In this document: positions 1 to 13,009 of the stretch, one piece after another
How the letters are laid out: the number at the start of each line of letters is the position of its first letter
How positions within the stretch are numbered: position 1 is the stretch's first letter
From: Octopus vulgaris
Taxonomy: Eukaryota
Length of the DNA: 64,000 bases
Assembly (NCBI GenBank): GCA_951406725.2
Contig: OX597819.1
Coordinates: forward strand, 15,872,001 to 15,936,000
Direction of reading: 5' to 3'
The notes under the pieces: generated by a model
What the model saw: the letters and a program-made list of their open reading frames with translations, nothing else
Databases searched by the model: none
Told to the model about the DNA's origin: nothing
Position numbers and translations under genes: made by a program

Positions 1-180
1 ACCAGTGCTGGTGTGTTTACGTCCCCGTAACTTAGCGGTTCAGTGAAAGAGACCGATAGAATAAGTACTAGGCTTAAGGAATAAGTCCTGGGGTTGATTT
101 GTTTGACTAAAACCTTTCAAGGCTGTGCTGCAGCATAGCCGCAGTCAAATGACTGAAACAAGTAAGAGAATAAAAGAATA
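1..180 (+). mobile_element. 3' end of tRNA-derived SINE family A
   Basis: Matches the 3' half of the full copies at 19114-19527 and 34512-34922 (gtgtttacgtccccgtaacttagcggttc...gcagtcaaatgactgaaacaagtaa). Confidence 0.85.
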
Positions 181-189
181 TATATGCAT

Positions 190-780
190 GTATTGTAGGC
201 TGAAACTTCGAAGTCACTGTAGAACGGTTTTCAAATATACAACAAGGTACCACTCAGCATAATCTCTGTCGCAGGCCATGCAATTGCGTCATCGCTGAAC
301 CTAGCTATCGAAATCTCTTTGAAAATTTTTAGGTGTGCATTCTTGAACGCATTTATCCAGAATCACTTTCATCGCGCCTGCGCCATCAAATCGTTGTCTC
401 CGAAAATTGTCCTTATTGGCTCAACAAGGGAGCTGGAGATCCGGGCTCTTCGGTGTACCATTAACCAATTCAACTCACCGATTGCCTGATTTTATCGGAG
501 ATGTGTGTGATTGTGTGTAGTCGTGGTGAAAATGGATCATTTTCAGATTCAGGTCAGGTTTCTTCTACTTAATTGCTTTTCTACCTCGTTATTCACGGTA
601 ATTCAAGGAGAATAACGCCCTCGTCATTCCCTAAAACAATTGTCTTGATTTTCTGTGCCGATCGTTGGTTTTCGAATTTCTTGGACTTTGAAGAAGGAGT
701 GCGGTACCATTTCATGGACTGAGTTTTGGTTTCCGGATCATGAAGATATGCTCACGTTTAGTGGCGGCTCGTAGATAAAA
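190..780 (-). mobile_element. Decayed mariner transposase fragment (catalytic domain)
   Basis: Minus-strand translation gives HDPETKTQSMKW and SPDL-like pieces, resembling mariner YDPETKQQS and YSPDLAP motifs. Frame is broken. Confidence 0.6.
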
Positions 781-1337
781 TTAGGGGTGGGTGCTGCTTC
801 AGAAAATGTTTAGCCGTTGTTTTAATATTGTGTAAAAGGTTTGCGTTTTAGTCACTGACGGGTAGTGTGTTTAATTTGTTCATTGAACACCGCCGCGAAT
901 TCCCCTTTGTTTTTCAATAATCCTCCTTAAATCACAAAATAAGAGAGAGAAATCTGCCCTATTTTCCAAATCTCAGCAGCAACACTGAAGCTGGAAGCAG
1001 GATAATAATCTAATACTACACTTTATCACATTCAAGAATATAAACATGTTTTTAAGCACAACACACGCTGATTAAAAAAAAAAACACTACTTTTCACCAG
1101 CACACGACAGTGCTCTCTTTCTCTAACGTGAAGCTTCCTATCTCGGACATGTGAGCTTGCGCACAGCAACCAAACACCGCATAGCTGGAACTGTAAAGCG
1201 CACAGTTCTATACAAGGGTTTTTGTATTTTTTCATAAACTAGGGGATGGCTACTGACATTAAGTTTAAGTATTATATAATGTACAGGTATAAAGAAAGAA
1301 TTAAAGAAAAAAGGACTCATACTCACTATATAGAATG

Positions 1338-1960
1338 TTATCGATAATATCGAGTGGAAGTAAGGAGTACTGCAGTTCCGCAGTTCCTATACACGAGCCA
1401 CCACTGCTCACGTTTCAATCTCTTGTCACAAGATCGAAAAAACGAATCTTCATTGGCGTCCAACGCTTGCAGCATATCAGAGCAGACCTCTTGCTTTCTC
1501 TTCTCGAAATCCGTTGTAAACTCCCGTAGTATTCCCTTTGTACACATCTCCCAATACTCAAAGATTTCCACCATCTTTTGTAATGCAGAACAACCCCAGC
1601 CCAATCGTGCCTCTAGCTCACGGGTTGTGATTCTTTTGTCCCCGCGAATCACTTGGTCCACTCGTTGATGATTCATGCCAATGGTCACAGTTAATGGTCT
1701 GTCATGGATTGTCTTTAATGCTGCTCTCTCGTGCTTTAAATTTTATCATCCCTCAGTGAACATTGTCAATGATGTCATCTTCGTAAACAGCCCATAACTT
1801 TCTGCGGATGTCGGAGAATCTACGCCTCCTTCGTTAAGAACCCAATGATGACATGTTGCTTCTGTTTGGAACCTGTTATATGCCTGCGATGAAGGACAAG
1901 AAGAGTTGTTAAAGAAGAAGAGTTACTCTACCAACATTTTCAATTTGAACGACTCATGCT
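1338..1960 (-). mobile_element. Decayed mariner transposase fragment (HTH/linker region)
   Basis: ORF 1338-1688 reads RVDQVIRGDKRITTRELEARLG...RKQEVCSDMLQ...EDSFF, typical of the mariner N-terminal HTH. May be the same element as 190-780, split by an insertion. Confidence 0.7.
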
Positions 1961-2479
1961 AGTTAATAAAGAAGTGATACCCACTTGTCCATTACTTTCC
2001 CTACAATCCTCGTACGATCTATTATGTGCAGTATGAATGTATTTTGTTAGTAAATATATCTAGTTCTAGGAAGTTAATTGCACTATGTGCACTCTGAGGT
2101 AGTTTTCCATGAAAGATATTTTCATCCGGTTGGATATAAATAAATACTTTTGGTATACTCTTCCGTTCCGGTTAGTTTACATTCCTCCCACGTAACTATT
2201 AGCCATACATTGGTGGTTACAGAGGGAGACTGTCTTTTAAACTCTGCCTGGTGAGAGGTATTGAGTTCTCGCAACAGAAAGTTCTATATAACTGGAACTT
2301 GATACAAGGCACGCTCATACTTATTTTCTTTGTACCGTTTATCAGACATTGGATTTTTCCGTTTGTTTAATTTTTTCTCAAAGTATAGAGTTAATGTCAT
2401 AGTCCCAAAAATTATGTTGGAAAGAAAGTCCCCTCGCATTTCAACATGGCAAAGAAACAGAAGCTTTTTAAAAGACTAA

Positions 2480-3560
2480 ATTGATATATTTAATCAAGCA
2501 AATATTTCATTTGCTTAATTGTTGACCCCGTTCCCGGAGGTAAGTTCTTCAGGTCTCGAAGCAAAGAAGCATTCAATAAAATATTTAATATCTCAGCTTT
2601 TTCAATTAATGAAGTTTTCCTTATAAATAATGTTGCAAAGAACTGAAAAGATGACAGTCAAATAGAACAAGGTCGGGAGAGTTAGGAGAATGAAGCGAAA
2701 CTTCCACATTTAGTGCAGTAACTATTTTTCAAGTGACTGGGCAATGTATGGTTTTGCATTATCATCTAAGACCAACACCTTTTACGACTGACCAACGACG
2801 GACACTTTTTCTGCAAACATTTGTGCAATGGCTTCTAATTGATGACAATACTTCTCCGCATTAAATGTTTTGTTTCATTTTAACATGTCATAGTGTTAAA
2901 CAGACGACACCCATCATATCCCATCAAATGCAGAGCATAACTCTTTTGTGGGTCCTGGTTTTGGAATTGATTTTCTTTTTTCATTGGGCGCTAACCATTA
3001 TCGTTTCCGTTGAATACGATTACAGTGAAACCATATTTCATCACTTATGAAAAGTTCGGCAGCAAATCTATTCTTCAATGACGAGGAGAGAGAAACTGTT
3101 TGATTAAAGTAAGAAGCAGTTAGATGACGAGGGACCCATTAACCAGGTTTAGCCACTTTTTCTCTTTCATGAAAGTGTTTTGTGATCGAAGTGTGACTTG
3201 AACAATTTTGCTAACTCTCGGGTAGTTTGCTTTGGATTTTCCACTACTAGGATTTTCAGACGTTGATATTGAAATAACTTGGTCGTCCAAGTCGAGGGAG
3301 AGAAAGCTTTTCCGAGTAAAATATGCGTAAGTGTTAGGGGGCAAGAACTAAAAGTCTCACTTCAGCAATTTTGATAGAGATTTGGGTGCTGAGTTCTTTA
3401 ATATGGTTTTCAGTTAAGCATAGTCCATATTTTTCTATTGCAATTGAATATGATATCACTGCACACATTCTGATTCTACACGAATACCAACCCCTTACTC
3501 TTACATACGTTTCCAGAAAACTCTTGAAGTCTTACAGAATCGCAGAGGACATTTGGTACC
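2480..3560 (-). mobile_element. Decayed mariner transposase
   Basis: Minus-strand pieces KRVMLCI*WDMMGVV, NAEKYCHQLE, LDDNAKPYIAQ and PRLGRP match mariner KVMLCVWWD, HDNARPH and PRSGRP motifs. Confidence 0.7.
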
Positions 3561-4285
3561 AAGGGACATAATTCTTGATATAAACCCAGTTCGTTTCGTC
3601 TTTTTTCACAACACGCACAGCGTTTAATGAAGGCTTCACCACCCCTAAAAGTAAAGGGTTAATGAGGTATGCAGGGCTGTTTATATGCAGCACGAATAGT
3701 CAATGCTGTACAGAATAAGATGGAAATAGTAAATAGACAGTTACGAATGTTTTACAAAATGAAGGCGGTTACTAGAAGTTTCCAGTCACATTTAGAGTAA
3801 ACGGGTGTGTGCAGAGGGCGCTGCTGTATCCCGTCCCCCAGCGCAGAAGTCGACGTCTCATCAGGAAGTAAAGCAGCTCTTTAGGCGTTGTGCTCCATTC
3901 CACCGTAACACCAGAGCTACTCGGAGCCACCCGCCGATGCAAGTGTCAAAACTCACGCATAACAGAACGAGCTTTATTGAATTAAATTTTACCACTCTGG
4001 GCCAGATGTTTCTACCATCCTCAACGCTTGTTTTTTTGCTGCATCACTCAACCTTCTCTTCAGCCAGATGCAATGACTTGCTGTCTCTGCGGTTTCTGAT
4101 AATTTTTAGGCAACATTTAGTTTCTCCTTTACAGCTTGTCCAAGGCTCCTGAGCATCGAATAATCCCTGGTTCCAACAAAACCTTTAACAACTCTCTTTA
4201 GTGATTTCCGTCCATTCTTTTCAATAAGTTCTGTTTTATTAGAACTAATAAAATACCTTGTAGAGATGAGAGCGAATATTATATA

Positions 4286-4507
4286 TATTTCTTTACTACC
4301 CACAAGGGGCCAGACACAGAGGGGACATACAAAGACAGACAAACGGATCAAGTCGATTACATCGACCCCAGTGCGTAACTGGTACTTAATTTATCGACCC
4401 CGAAAGGATGAAAGGCAAAGTCGACCTCGGCGGAATTTGAATTCAGAACGTAACGGCAGACGAAATACGGCTACGCGTTTCGCCCGGCGTGCTAACGTTT
4501 CTGCCAG
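4286..4507 (-). mobile_element. tRNA-derived SINE family B
   Basis: Reverse complement of the copies at 18675 and 22619 (core gtcgactttgcctttcatcctttcggggtcgat). Confidence 0.85.
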
Positions 4508-5005
4508 AACAAGAACTGAACCAACGTTTCGTAGTCATCCTGGAAATTCTTTTATCACAGAAAACAAATTAGCATGTAGGCTCAAAAAAAAAAAAAAAAA
4601 AAGAAAGAACCATGTTAAATTTAGAGCGATTAATTAACTAAAACGGAAAGAAATCATGAAACAAAGACTAATTATGTATAAATAAAAATAGCTATCGTCA
4701 CAACCCAGTCTCCGGTTGATATATTATATCTGACAGTCATTTGTTCAGCCGCGTGTAATGGAGGCATCATTAACAGCATTGAGAAAGAGTTAATAAGCTG
4801 TGTCAAGATTATAAAGCACGATTTGTCGATTGTCTACGGAAAAAGCCGGAAATATCAAATACACGCAAATAAGCAATTGACAAAGAATAAAAAAAAAAAA
4901 AAAAAAAAAAATTGCTTGAGGGTTCGAATTAATTAATCACACTAAACTTAATATTTTTCATTTGTACTGAGCAATCTCACTAATTACTCACGCACGCACG
5001 CACGT

Positions 5006-5044
<39 letters not shown>

Positions 5045-5082
5045 TATATCCAAACTTATTTCTCTACCTATCGATGTGTGTG

Positions 5083-5122
<40 letters not shown>

Positions 5123-5168
5123 TATATATATATGTGAGTGTGCATATATATATATATATATCGTCGTG

Positions 5169-5548
5169 GCACTCCGTCGGTTACGACGACGAAGGTTCCA
5201 GTTGATCCGATCAACGGAACACCCAGCTCGTGAAATTAACTGCAACTGCAAGTGGCTGAGTACTCCATAGACACATGTACCCTTCACGTAGTTCTCGGGG
5301 AGATTCAGCGTGACACAGTGTGCAACAAGGCTGGCCCTTTGAAATACAGGTACAACAGAAACAGGAAGAAAGAGCGAGAGAAAGTTGTGGTGAAAGAGTA
5401 CAGCAGGGTTCGCCACCACCCCTGTCGGAGCCTCGTGGAGCTTTATGTGTTTTTGTTCAATAAACACTCTCAACGCCTGGTCTGGGAATCGAATCCGCGA
5501 TTCCACGACCGTGAGTCCGCTGCCCTAACCACTGGGCCATTGTGCCTC
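5169..5548 (-). mobile_element. tRNA-derived SINE family C
   Basis: Minus-strand head ggcccagtggttagggcagcggactc has A/B-box-like motifs. Near-identical copy at 43163-43538. Confidence 0.85.
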
Positions 5549-6660
5549 CACACACACACACGCACACACGCACAGAGAATGTATATATATATGATGTTCT
5601 CATACATCTTTTTCTACATGCATACACACACACACACATACATGCATACATACATACATACATACATACATACATACATACATACATACATGCATACATA
5701 TATACATACATAGATACATGCATACATACATACATGCATACATACATGCATACATACATACATACATACATGCATACATACATACATACATACATGCATA
5801 CATACATACATACATACATACATACATACTCATGCATATATTTAGGTATACACGTGCAAAATAAAACATATACATCCGCACACACGCCTTAGACACAGCT
5901 TTATGTGAGAAAACATGGAGCACGTTTCACGTTAGACAAAGCTGTCATCAGATTTGACATGTTTGATGAAGTATTTATCTCCGGGTTATGTGCGTGTATA
6001 TGTAGCACTGTGTGTATATGTATGTATATATGTATGTATGTGTGTATGTATGTATGCGTATATATGGTTCTGTGTGTATGTGTACATATATATATATATG
6101 TATTTTTATATGGTTATGTATGTTCCCATCATTTTATGCAACAGGATATACCAACTGGCTATGTGTGTGTATGCGTGTGTGTGTATATATATATGTATGT
6201 ATCTTTGTTTCTATGTATGTGTATATTTATGGATGTATATATCTAAGTATGCATGCGTTCATGGTGTATGTGTGAATGCATTTATGCATGAATGTATGCT
6301 GCTGTATGTATGTGTGTATGTACGTATGTATGTATATATGTATTATGTATGTATTTTTGCATGTATGTATATATACGTGTATGTATATATGTATGCATGC
6401 GCATACATTTGCACGTACATATATGTATGTTTGTATGTATGTATGTATGTATGTATATATATGTATGTATTTATGCATGCAAATGTACCTGTATTTTGTA
6501 TATATATATATATATATATATATGTCTGTTTGTTTGTATCTTCATATGAATGTATATATATATGTGTGTGGGTGTGCATGTATATAAGTAAGTGTGCAGG
6601 TATGTATATAAGTCTATATGCATGTGCATACATGTATACGCGTAGACGTACCTGCATAGT
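5549..6660. repeat. Compound (CA)n/(TACA)n/(TATG)n microsatellite region
   Basis: Simple repeats seen directly. They explain the many YIHT/MYVC ORFs. Confidence 0.9.
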
Positions 6661-6672
6661 TTAATTTTTACC

Positions 6673-7198
6673 TACCGTAAATCCTCGAGTATAGTCCGCC
6701 CTTGAGTATAATACGCAAGGGATTTTTAGGGGGATGTACCTCTGAAAAACCTAAACTTTGTGTATAATACGCACTCCTTCTCTAACTTGAGTTGTGCGTA
6801 ATTAAAATAGCAACACTTAGTCGAATAAACACTTCCGCGCATGCGTAATACAATAATGGTGATGTTCTTAACTGTTATATGGGAATGTAAATATGTTTGC
6901 AAATTGTTTTTGTTACATGTTATTCTGTGTTCTGAATACTTTTATTTTAACAAATGTTGCTTACTGCAAGTTATGGATGATTCTTTTATGACTTCATTGC
7001 TTTCAGGATTAGCTTAAAGTATTTTCGCGCCCGACATCACAAAATGCGTCTGAATAAATATTGCCGGACAGCAAATAGAGACTCGGACATTGCTTAGGGA
7101 ATATTTTTCCTTTTTAACCTCGCATATAGTACGCACTAGGAATTTTGACCGTTAGATTTTGGGAAAAAAGTGCGGATTATACTCGAGGATTTACGGTA
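6673..7198. mobile_element. Non-autonomous Tc1/mariner-superfamily (pogo/Tc2-like) MITE
   Basis: Ends TA-CCGTAAATCCTCGAGTATAGTCCGC and GCGGATTATACTCGAGGATTTACGG-TA form 25-bp TIRs with one mismatch and a TA target duplication. No ORF. Confidence 0.9.
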
Positions 7199-7313
7199 TT
7201 TACACATACGTATTCGTTATGTCTACACATGTGCACATATACACTTACCATAAGCCAATCTGAAAACATCTACTTAAAACATCTACATATCTTCACAGTG
7301 ATATTAATTGTCT

Positions 7314-7677
7314 GTGCAGGAGTGGCTGTGTGGTAAGAAGCTTGCTTCCCAACCACATAGTTCCGGGTTCAGTCCCACTGCATGATATCTTAGGCAAGTG
7401 TCTTCTACTATAGCCTCGGGCCAACCAAAGCTTTGTGAGTGGATTAGGTAAACAGAAACTGAAAGAAGCCCATCGTGTATGTATGTATGTATGTATGTAT
7501 GTATGTATGTATGTATGTATGTATTTGTGTGTCTGCTTGTTCCCCACCATCGCTTGACAACCCATGTTGGTGTGTTTACGTCCCCGGTTCGGTAAAAACG
7601 GCCGATAGAATAGGTGATAAGCTTACAAAGAATAAGTCCTGGGGTCGATTTCTTCAACTAAAGGCGGTGCCCCAGCA
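7314..7677 (+). mobile_element. SINE family A with internal (TATG)n
   Basis: Head gcaggagtggctgtgtggtaag...ggttcagtccc is shared with other copies. Confidence 0.85.
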
Positions 7678-8008
7678 AGAGAGTGATGAATGGGGAGAAA
7701 GTGAGAGAGAGCATGTGTGTGTGTGTGCGTGTGTGTGCGTGTGTGTGCGTGTGTTTGGATCTGAAAGGAGTGTTAGAAAAGAAGAAGGAACGGAAGAAAG
7801 GGGAAGGAAAGAAGACCATAAATTATATTTCCTTTTTATCATTGTCTTGTGTGTGTGTGTGTGTTTAAGGAGGAATGGTCAAGTTGTTAAGAGTACTCAG
7901 TGCCACTTTTGTTTTTATTTTTTTGCAACTGTAAATGGTTTTTGGTTTTTAGAAATTGGCCATTTCAAAGAAGAATTGTCTGGATTTCTTTTTATTATTG
8001 TTTTGTGA

Positions 8009-8074
<66 letters not shown>

Positions 8075-8493
8075 AGTCTGGAAGGGGAATGGAAGGGAAG
8101 AAAGAAGAAAAAGAGGAAGAAGAAATAATTGTGTTGATATTTATACCACTATATATATATGTACTAAATGTTACACTATGTTTGTTAAATTATAAACTGA
8201 AAGATTTGTCCTTCAATGTATGATGAGCAAAATTTCATAAGGTCCATACTTGAAAAAGAGACTTTCTTGTGTTGAAGTTACAGGTGACAGAATACAAACT
8301 GACAACCACTGAGTCTGTTGTCTGATATTCAATTGATTTAGTCTAATATCTCACTGATTGACAGCTAAATAAATATTAACTTTTATCATACAGGAGCAAC
8401 TGGTTCCACAAATTAAAGTAAAATGGTTTCATTCAAATATTAGAATATCCTTTGTTCAATGTTGTATTTTCAAAAACCAAAACATATGTATAG

Positions 8494-8547
<54 letters not shown>

Positions 8548-8607
8548 AATACAGTTTGCTTTACAAATTTGGTCCTTCATCTGGTACAGCTTATTATAGA
8601 GATATTT

Positions 8608-9394
8608 TCAGCCATTCAATTTGAGGGAGAACTTAGTTAAGAAATATTTTTCTATATTCCTCCTGAAGGAGGTGTCATTCTTTGAACATTTGTAGAAGGG
8701 AAAGATCTTAAATTTTCCTTCTCCACATGTATCTAGGTGTTTACTCAGTGGTATCTTGCGTAGTTCCTCCTGTCGGACATGTTGTCGGTGAATTCTGGCT
8801 CGTTGGCATAAAGAATGTCCAGTTTCACCTATGTAATCCTCCTTGCACGTGGGGCAGGTTATGCAGTATATTACGTTCTGCGTCTTGCAGTTCATATCTG
8901 CATTTATTTTGAATATGTGACCACTTTTAAATTTCATTTCTTTGTCTCCCTCTATGTATTTGTAGGTGAGGTTACTGCAGATCCCACATTTACCATCTCC
9001 GCACTCTTTACAAAGAATTCAGTTTTAGTTTCTGATGAGAATTTCGCTCTTGTCAGTTGTTTTTTTCAGGTTTTTGTCTTGTCGTCTACTGTTTTTTATG
9101 CAATATTTGTTTGGTATGTTTTCCATTTTGTGGCTTTGTAAGACTATTGGTAGGTTTGAATGTATGATTTGGAACATGTTGGTAACTTCCAGGGTTGTGT
9201 GTGTTTATGAAAGGGATAATGTTTTCTTTGTTTTTTGTTTTGGGTGTCCTGAGCTGTGTGATGTCTAGTTTCATTGATCTTGAGATTCCATTTTTTTATT
9301 AGTTTAAGGGGGTGTTTTTGTTCTAGTAGGAAGTTTTTAAGTTCATTTAGTCTTATTAGGCGTGATTGTGAGTCAGTTACTATGCTGCATAGGC

Positions 9395-9400
<6 letters not shown>
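8608..9400 (-). mobile_element. Penelope-like retroelement 3' fragment (RT C-terminus plus GIY-YIG endonuclease), frameshifted
   Basis: ORF 8608-8937 reads NCKTQNVIYCITCPTCKEDYIGETGHSLCQRARIH...IEKYFL...LN, the classic PLE GIY-YIG motif. Upstream frames (IPFINTHNP) resemble the PLE thumb/linker. Confidence 0.9.
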
Positions 9401-9434
<34 letters not shown>

Positions 9435-9439
<5 letters not shown>

Positions 9440-9541
9440 AAATTTACAGAAAAACAAAAGACGAAGATAGGTTTATGAACAACAAACCGGTGTTGACGCT
9501 CGGGAAGGTGAGAAAGTCTTTTATGTTTCAAGCCTACGCTC

Positions 9542-9545
<4 letters not shown>
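9435..9545 (-). mobile_element. Fragment of an HHR-like small element (same family as 27324), inside (TA)n
   Basis: Minus strand reads TGAAGAGCGTAGGCTTGAAACATAAAAGAC..., homologous to 27333-27362. Flanked by (TA)n on both sides. Confidence 0.6.
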
Positions 9546-9595
<50 letters not shown>

Positions 9596-9642
9596 TATAT
9601 ATAAACACAAACTCACACGCACACACACGCACTCAGATATAC

Positions 9643-9693
<51 letters not shown>

Positions 9694-9762
9694 GGAGTAA
9701 ACACATAAATGTGAAACAAGGTGGAAAAAAGAGTACTCAAATACCAGTGGTAGAGTAATATG

Positions 9763-9927
9763 CTTTATTTTAAGCAGCAGAAAATTCAACAAAATCTGTT
9801 ACTCTGAGTTTCTCGTTGCCGTTCATCAGACAGTTTTTGCTAGAATTCTAGCAAAAACTGTCTGATGAACGGCAACGAGAAACTCAGAGTAACAGATTTT
9901 GTTGAATTTTCTGCTGCTTAAAATAAA

Positions 9928-9928
<1 letters not shown>
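9763..9928. repeat. Perfect 166-bp palindrome containing two opposed hammerhead motifs
   Basis: Arms are exact reverse complements around TAGAA|TTCTA (centre 9845/9846). Confidence 0.95.
9858..9895 (+). ncRNA. Type I hammerhead ribozyme motif (minimal, Penelope-type)
   Basis: CTGT-CTGATGA-ACGGCAACGA-GAAA-CTCAGAG-TA-ACAG: stem I CTGT/ACAG, intact core, very short stem III CTC/GAG, GUA cleavage triplet. Mirror copy on the minus strand at 9796-9833. Confidence 0.8.
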
Positions 9929-9986
<58 letters not shown>

Positions 9987-10135
9987 CATTCATACATACA
10001 CACATATAAGTATATATATATACATACATACATACATACAGATATCCACACCTAGGTAGGCCTCTCTGCATGTTTTTTGTCATTCATATATATATTTATA
10101 TATTCTTATATGTATACACACCTATACATACAAAC

Positions 10136-10166
<31 letters not shown>

Positions 10167-10429
10167 TGTATGTATATATGTATTTTATTACGTACGTATG
10201 TATGCATGTATATATATGTGTGTATGTATGTATGTATGTATGCATGCATGTATGTATGTATGTATGCATGTATATGTGTGTGTATATATGTATGCATATG
10301 TATAGACATCTAAATTTATAGACTCACACCAACACAAACAATCCTCTTAATGCACACACACTCGCTTTTTCTGTCTCCTCTTACGCACAAACACATACAC
10401 AAATGCAAGCGTGAATACACACACACACA

Positions 10430-10557
10430 CACACACACACACCATCCATCCATCCATTCACAATCACACACACACATATTTATGCAAATACACACACACA
10501 CACACATACACACATCCATCCATCCATCCACAATCACACACACATATTTATGCAAAT

Positions 10558-10592
<35 letters not shown>

Positions 10593-10653
10593 AACACACA
10601 TATCCATCCATCCATCCATCCATCCACAATCACACACACACATATTTATGCAA

Positions 10654-10701
<48 letters not shown>

Positions 10702-10945
10702 CCATCCATCCATCCATCCATCCATCCATCCATCCATCCATCCACAATTACACACACACACATATTTATGCAAATACACACACACACACACACACACACA
10801 TCCATCCATCCATCCATCCACAATCACACACACATATTTATGCAAATACACACACACACACACGCACACACACACACACGCACACACACACACATATCCA
10901 TCCATCCATTCATCCATCCACAATCACACACACATATTTATGCAA

Positions 10946-10979
<34 letters not shown>

Positions 10980-11095
10980 CCATCCATCCACAATCACACA
11001 CACACATATTTATGCAAATACACACACACACACACACACACATATCCATCCATCCATCCACAATCACACACACACATATTTATGAAAAATACACG
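10430..11095. repeat. Compound minisatellite (CA)n-(TCCA)n-CAATCACAC..ATATTTATGCAAATA, about 8 units
   Basis: Units recur with ATGCAAAT at 10482, 10550, 10648, 10768, 10840, 10940 and 11012, and a variant at 11082. Confidence 0.9.
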
Positions 11096-11631
11096 CACAC
11101 ACACACACACACGCGCGCGCACACACACACACAGACGCACACGCACACTCACTCCTCCTCACACACACACACACACCCAGGCTTAGATCTCCGTACATCT
11201 TTCTTCACCTCCCACACGCTGCTGCCGCCCCCTTCCCCCCCTCCTCACCAGTTTCCTGTCATTATCGGCATTACCCACAATGCAACGCGTTTAGTTTCTG
11301 CTAGTACAGCTGGTTGCGTGTGACTGGTGTCGCAGGCCTACCTTCCTTGCTGGACCCAAATGCTTACCGGTTAAAATCTCGGCGCAACCCCCTTATAGGA
11401 GTATGTCTTTTTTTCAGGGGTCAGCCTGATCCTAACACTGTAAGTTCAATAACCCTTTTCAAGATATATACATATATATATGTAATATATATATATATAC
11501 CTATATATATATATATAATATATGTGCGCGTGTGTTTCTTTCTATATCTTCACATTTCTTTATTCTCATGTCTGCCAGCACACGTAGTATTAACGTCCCG
11601 AAGATTCGCACGCACGCACGCACGCACGCAC

Positions 11632-11721
<90 letters not shown>

Positions 11722-11745
11722 GCACGCACACATGCATCTGTATGA

Positions 11746-11811
<66 letters not shown>

Positions 11812-12191
11812 GTATCTATGTATCTATCTATCTATCTATCTGTCTGTCTATCTATCTGTCTATCTGTGCACATACATACGAACTAACATGCATGCGTATA
11901 TATATATATAAATATATATATATATAATATGTATATATGTATATGTGTGTATATATATATGTATATATATATTTTTATATATACATATACACATATATAT
12001 ATATATATATATCAACATGCATATATATATATATATATATCAACATGCATGTATATATATATATATATAAACATGCATGCATGTGTATATATATATACAC
12101 ATATATGCATACATACATACAGACACACATATATAAATATATGTATATAAGTACGCAATTCATGCGTATAGGCAGAAAATTCATGCTACAC

Positions 12192-12242
<51 letters not shown>

Positions 12243-12673
12243 GACACAGACACACACACACACACACACACATACACACACACAGAGACACACATACACA
12301 CACAAATGGGAAAATGCTTATTTGTGCTAAGGCACGTGGCAGAATTGTTTCTGTCTTGGTCTCGCAATCGATAGATCGAGGGTTCGATTGTTGGACAGAA
12401 CTGGACGTCGTGTCCTTGAGCAAGGTACTTCTTTTCTCGTAGCAACACTCTACTTAGCTGTAAACGAGTACCATCACTAGTTGGGAAAGAGTGTCAGCGA
12501 TGGATTGGCGTCCCGTTCAGCAGTGGTGGTCGCTACTTGTACTCTCAGTTGCTTAAACCCCACGGAAACCGGGATGAACTTGGGCCTTATAAGTCTACGA
12601 GCTCTAGACTGACATTAACATTATGGGTGAGGGTGTATATATTTATATGTATGTATAAGTGTGCATGTGTATG

Positions 12674-12714
<41 letters not shown>

Positions 12715-12750
12715 AGGCATGTGTATATGTTGTACATAAATATACATACA

Positions 12751-12796
<46 letters not shown>

Positions 12797-12976
12797 AATG
12801 TGCGTGTGTGTATATATATATGTGTGTGCATATCTATCTATCTATCTATCTATCCATTGCTATGGTAAAAATCAACAAAGAAAGTACCCCATCAAGTGAG
12901 AGGTAAATATCACACATACGTTTATATATATACTCACACACACATACATGCATGCATACATACATACATACATACA

Positions 12977-13009
<33 letters not shown>

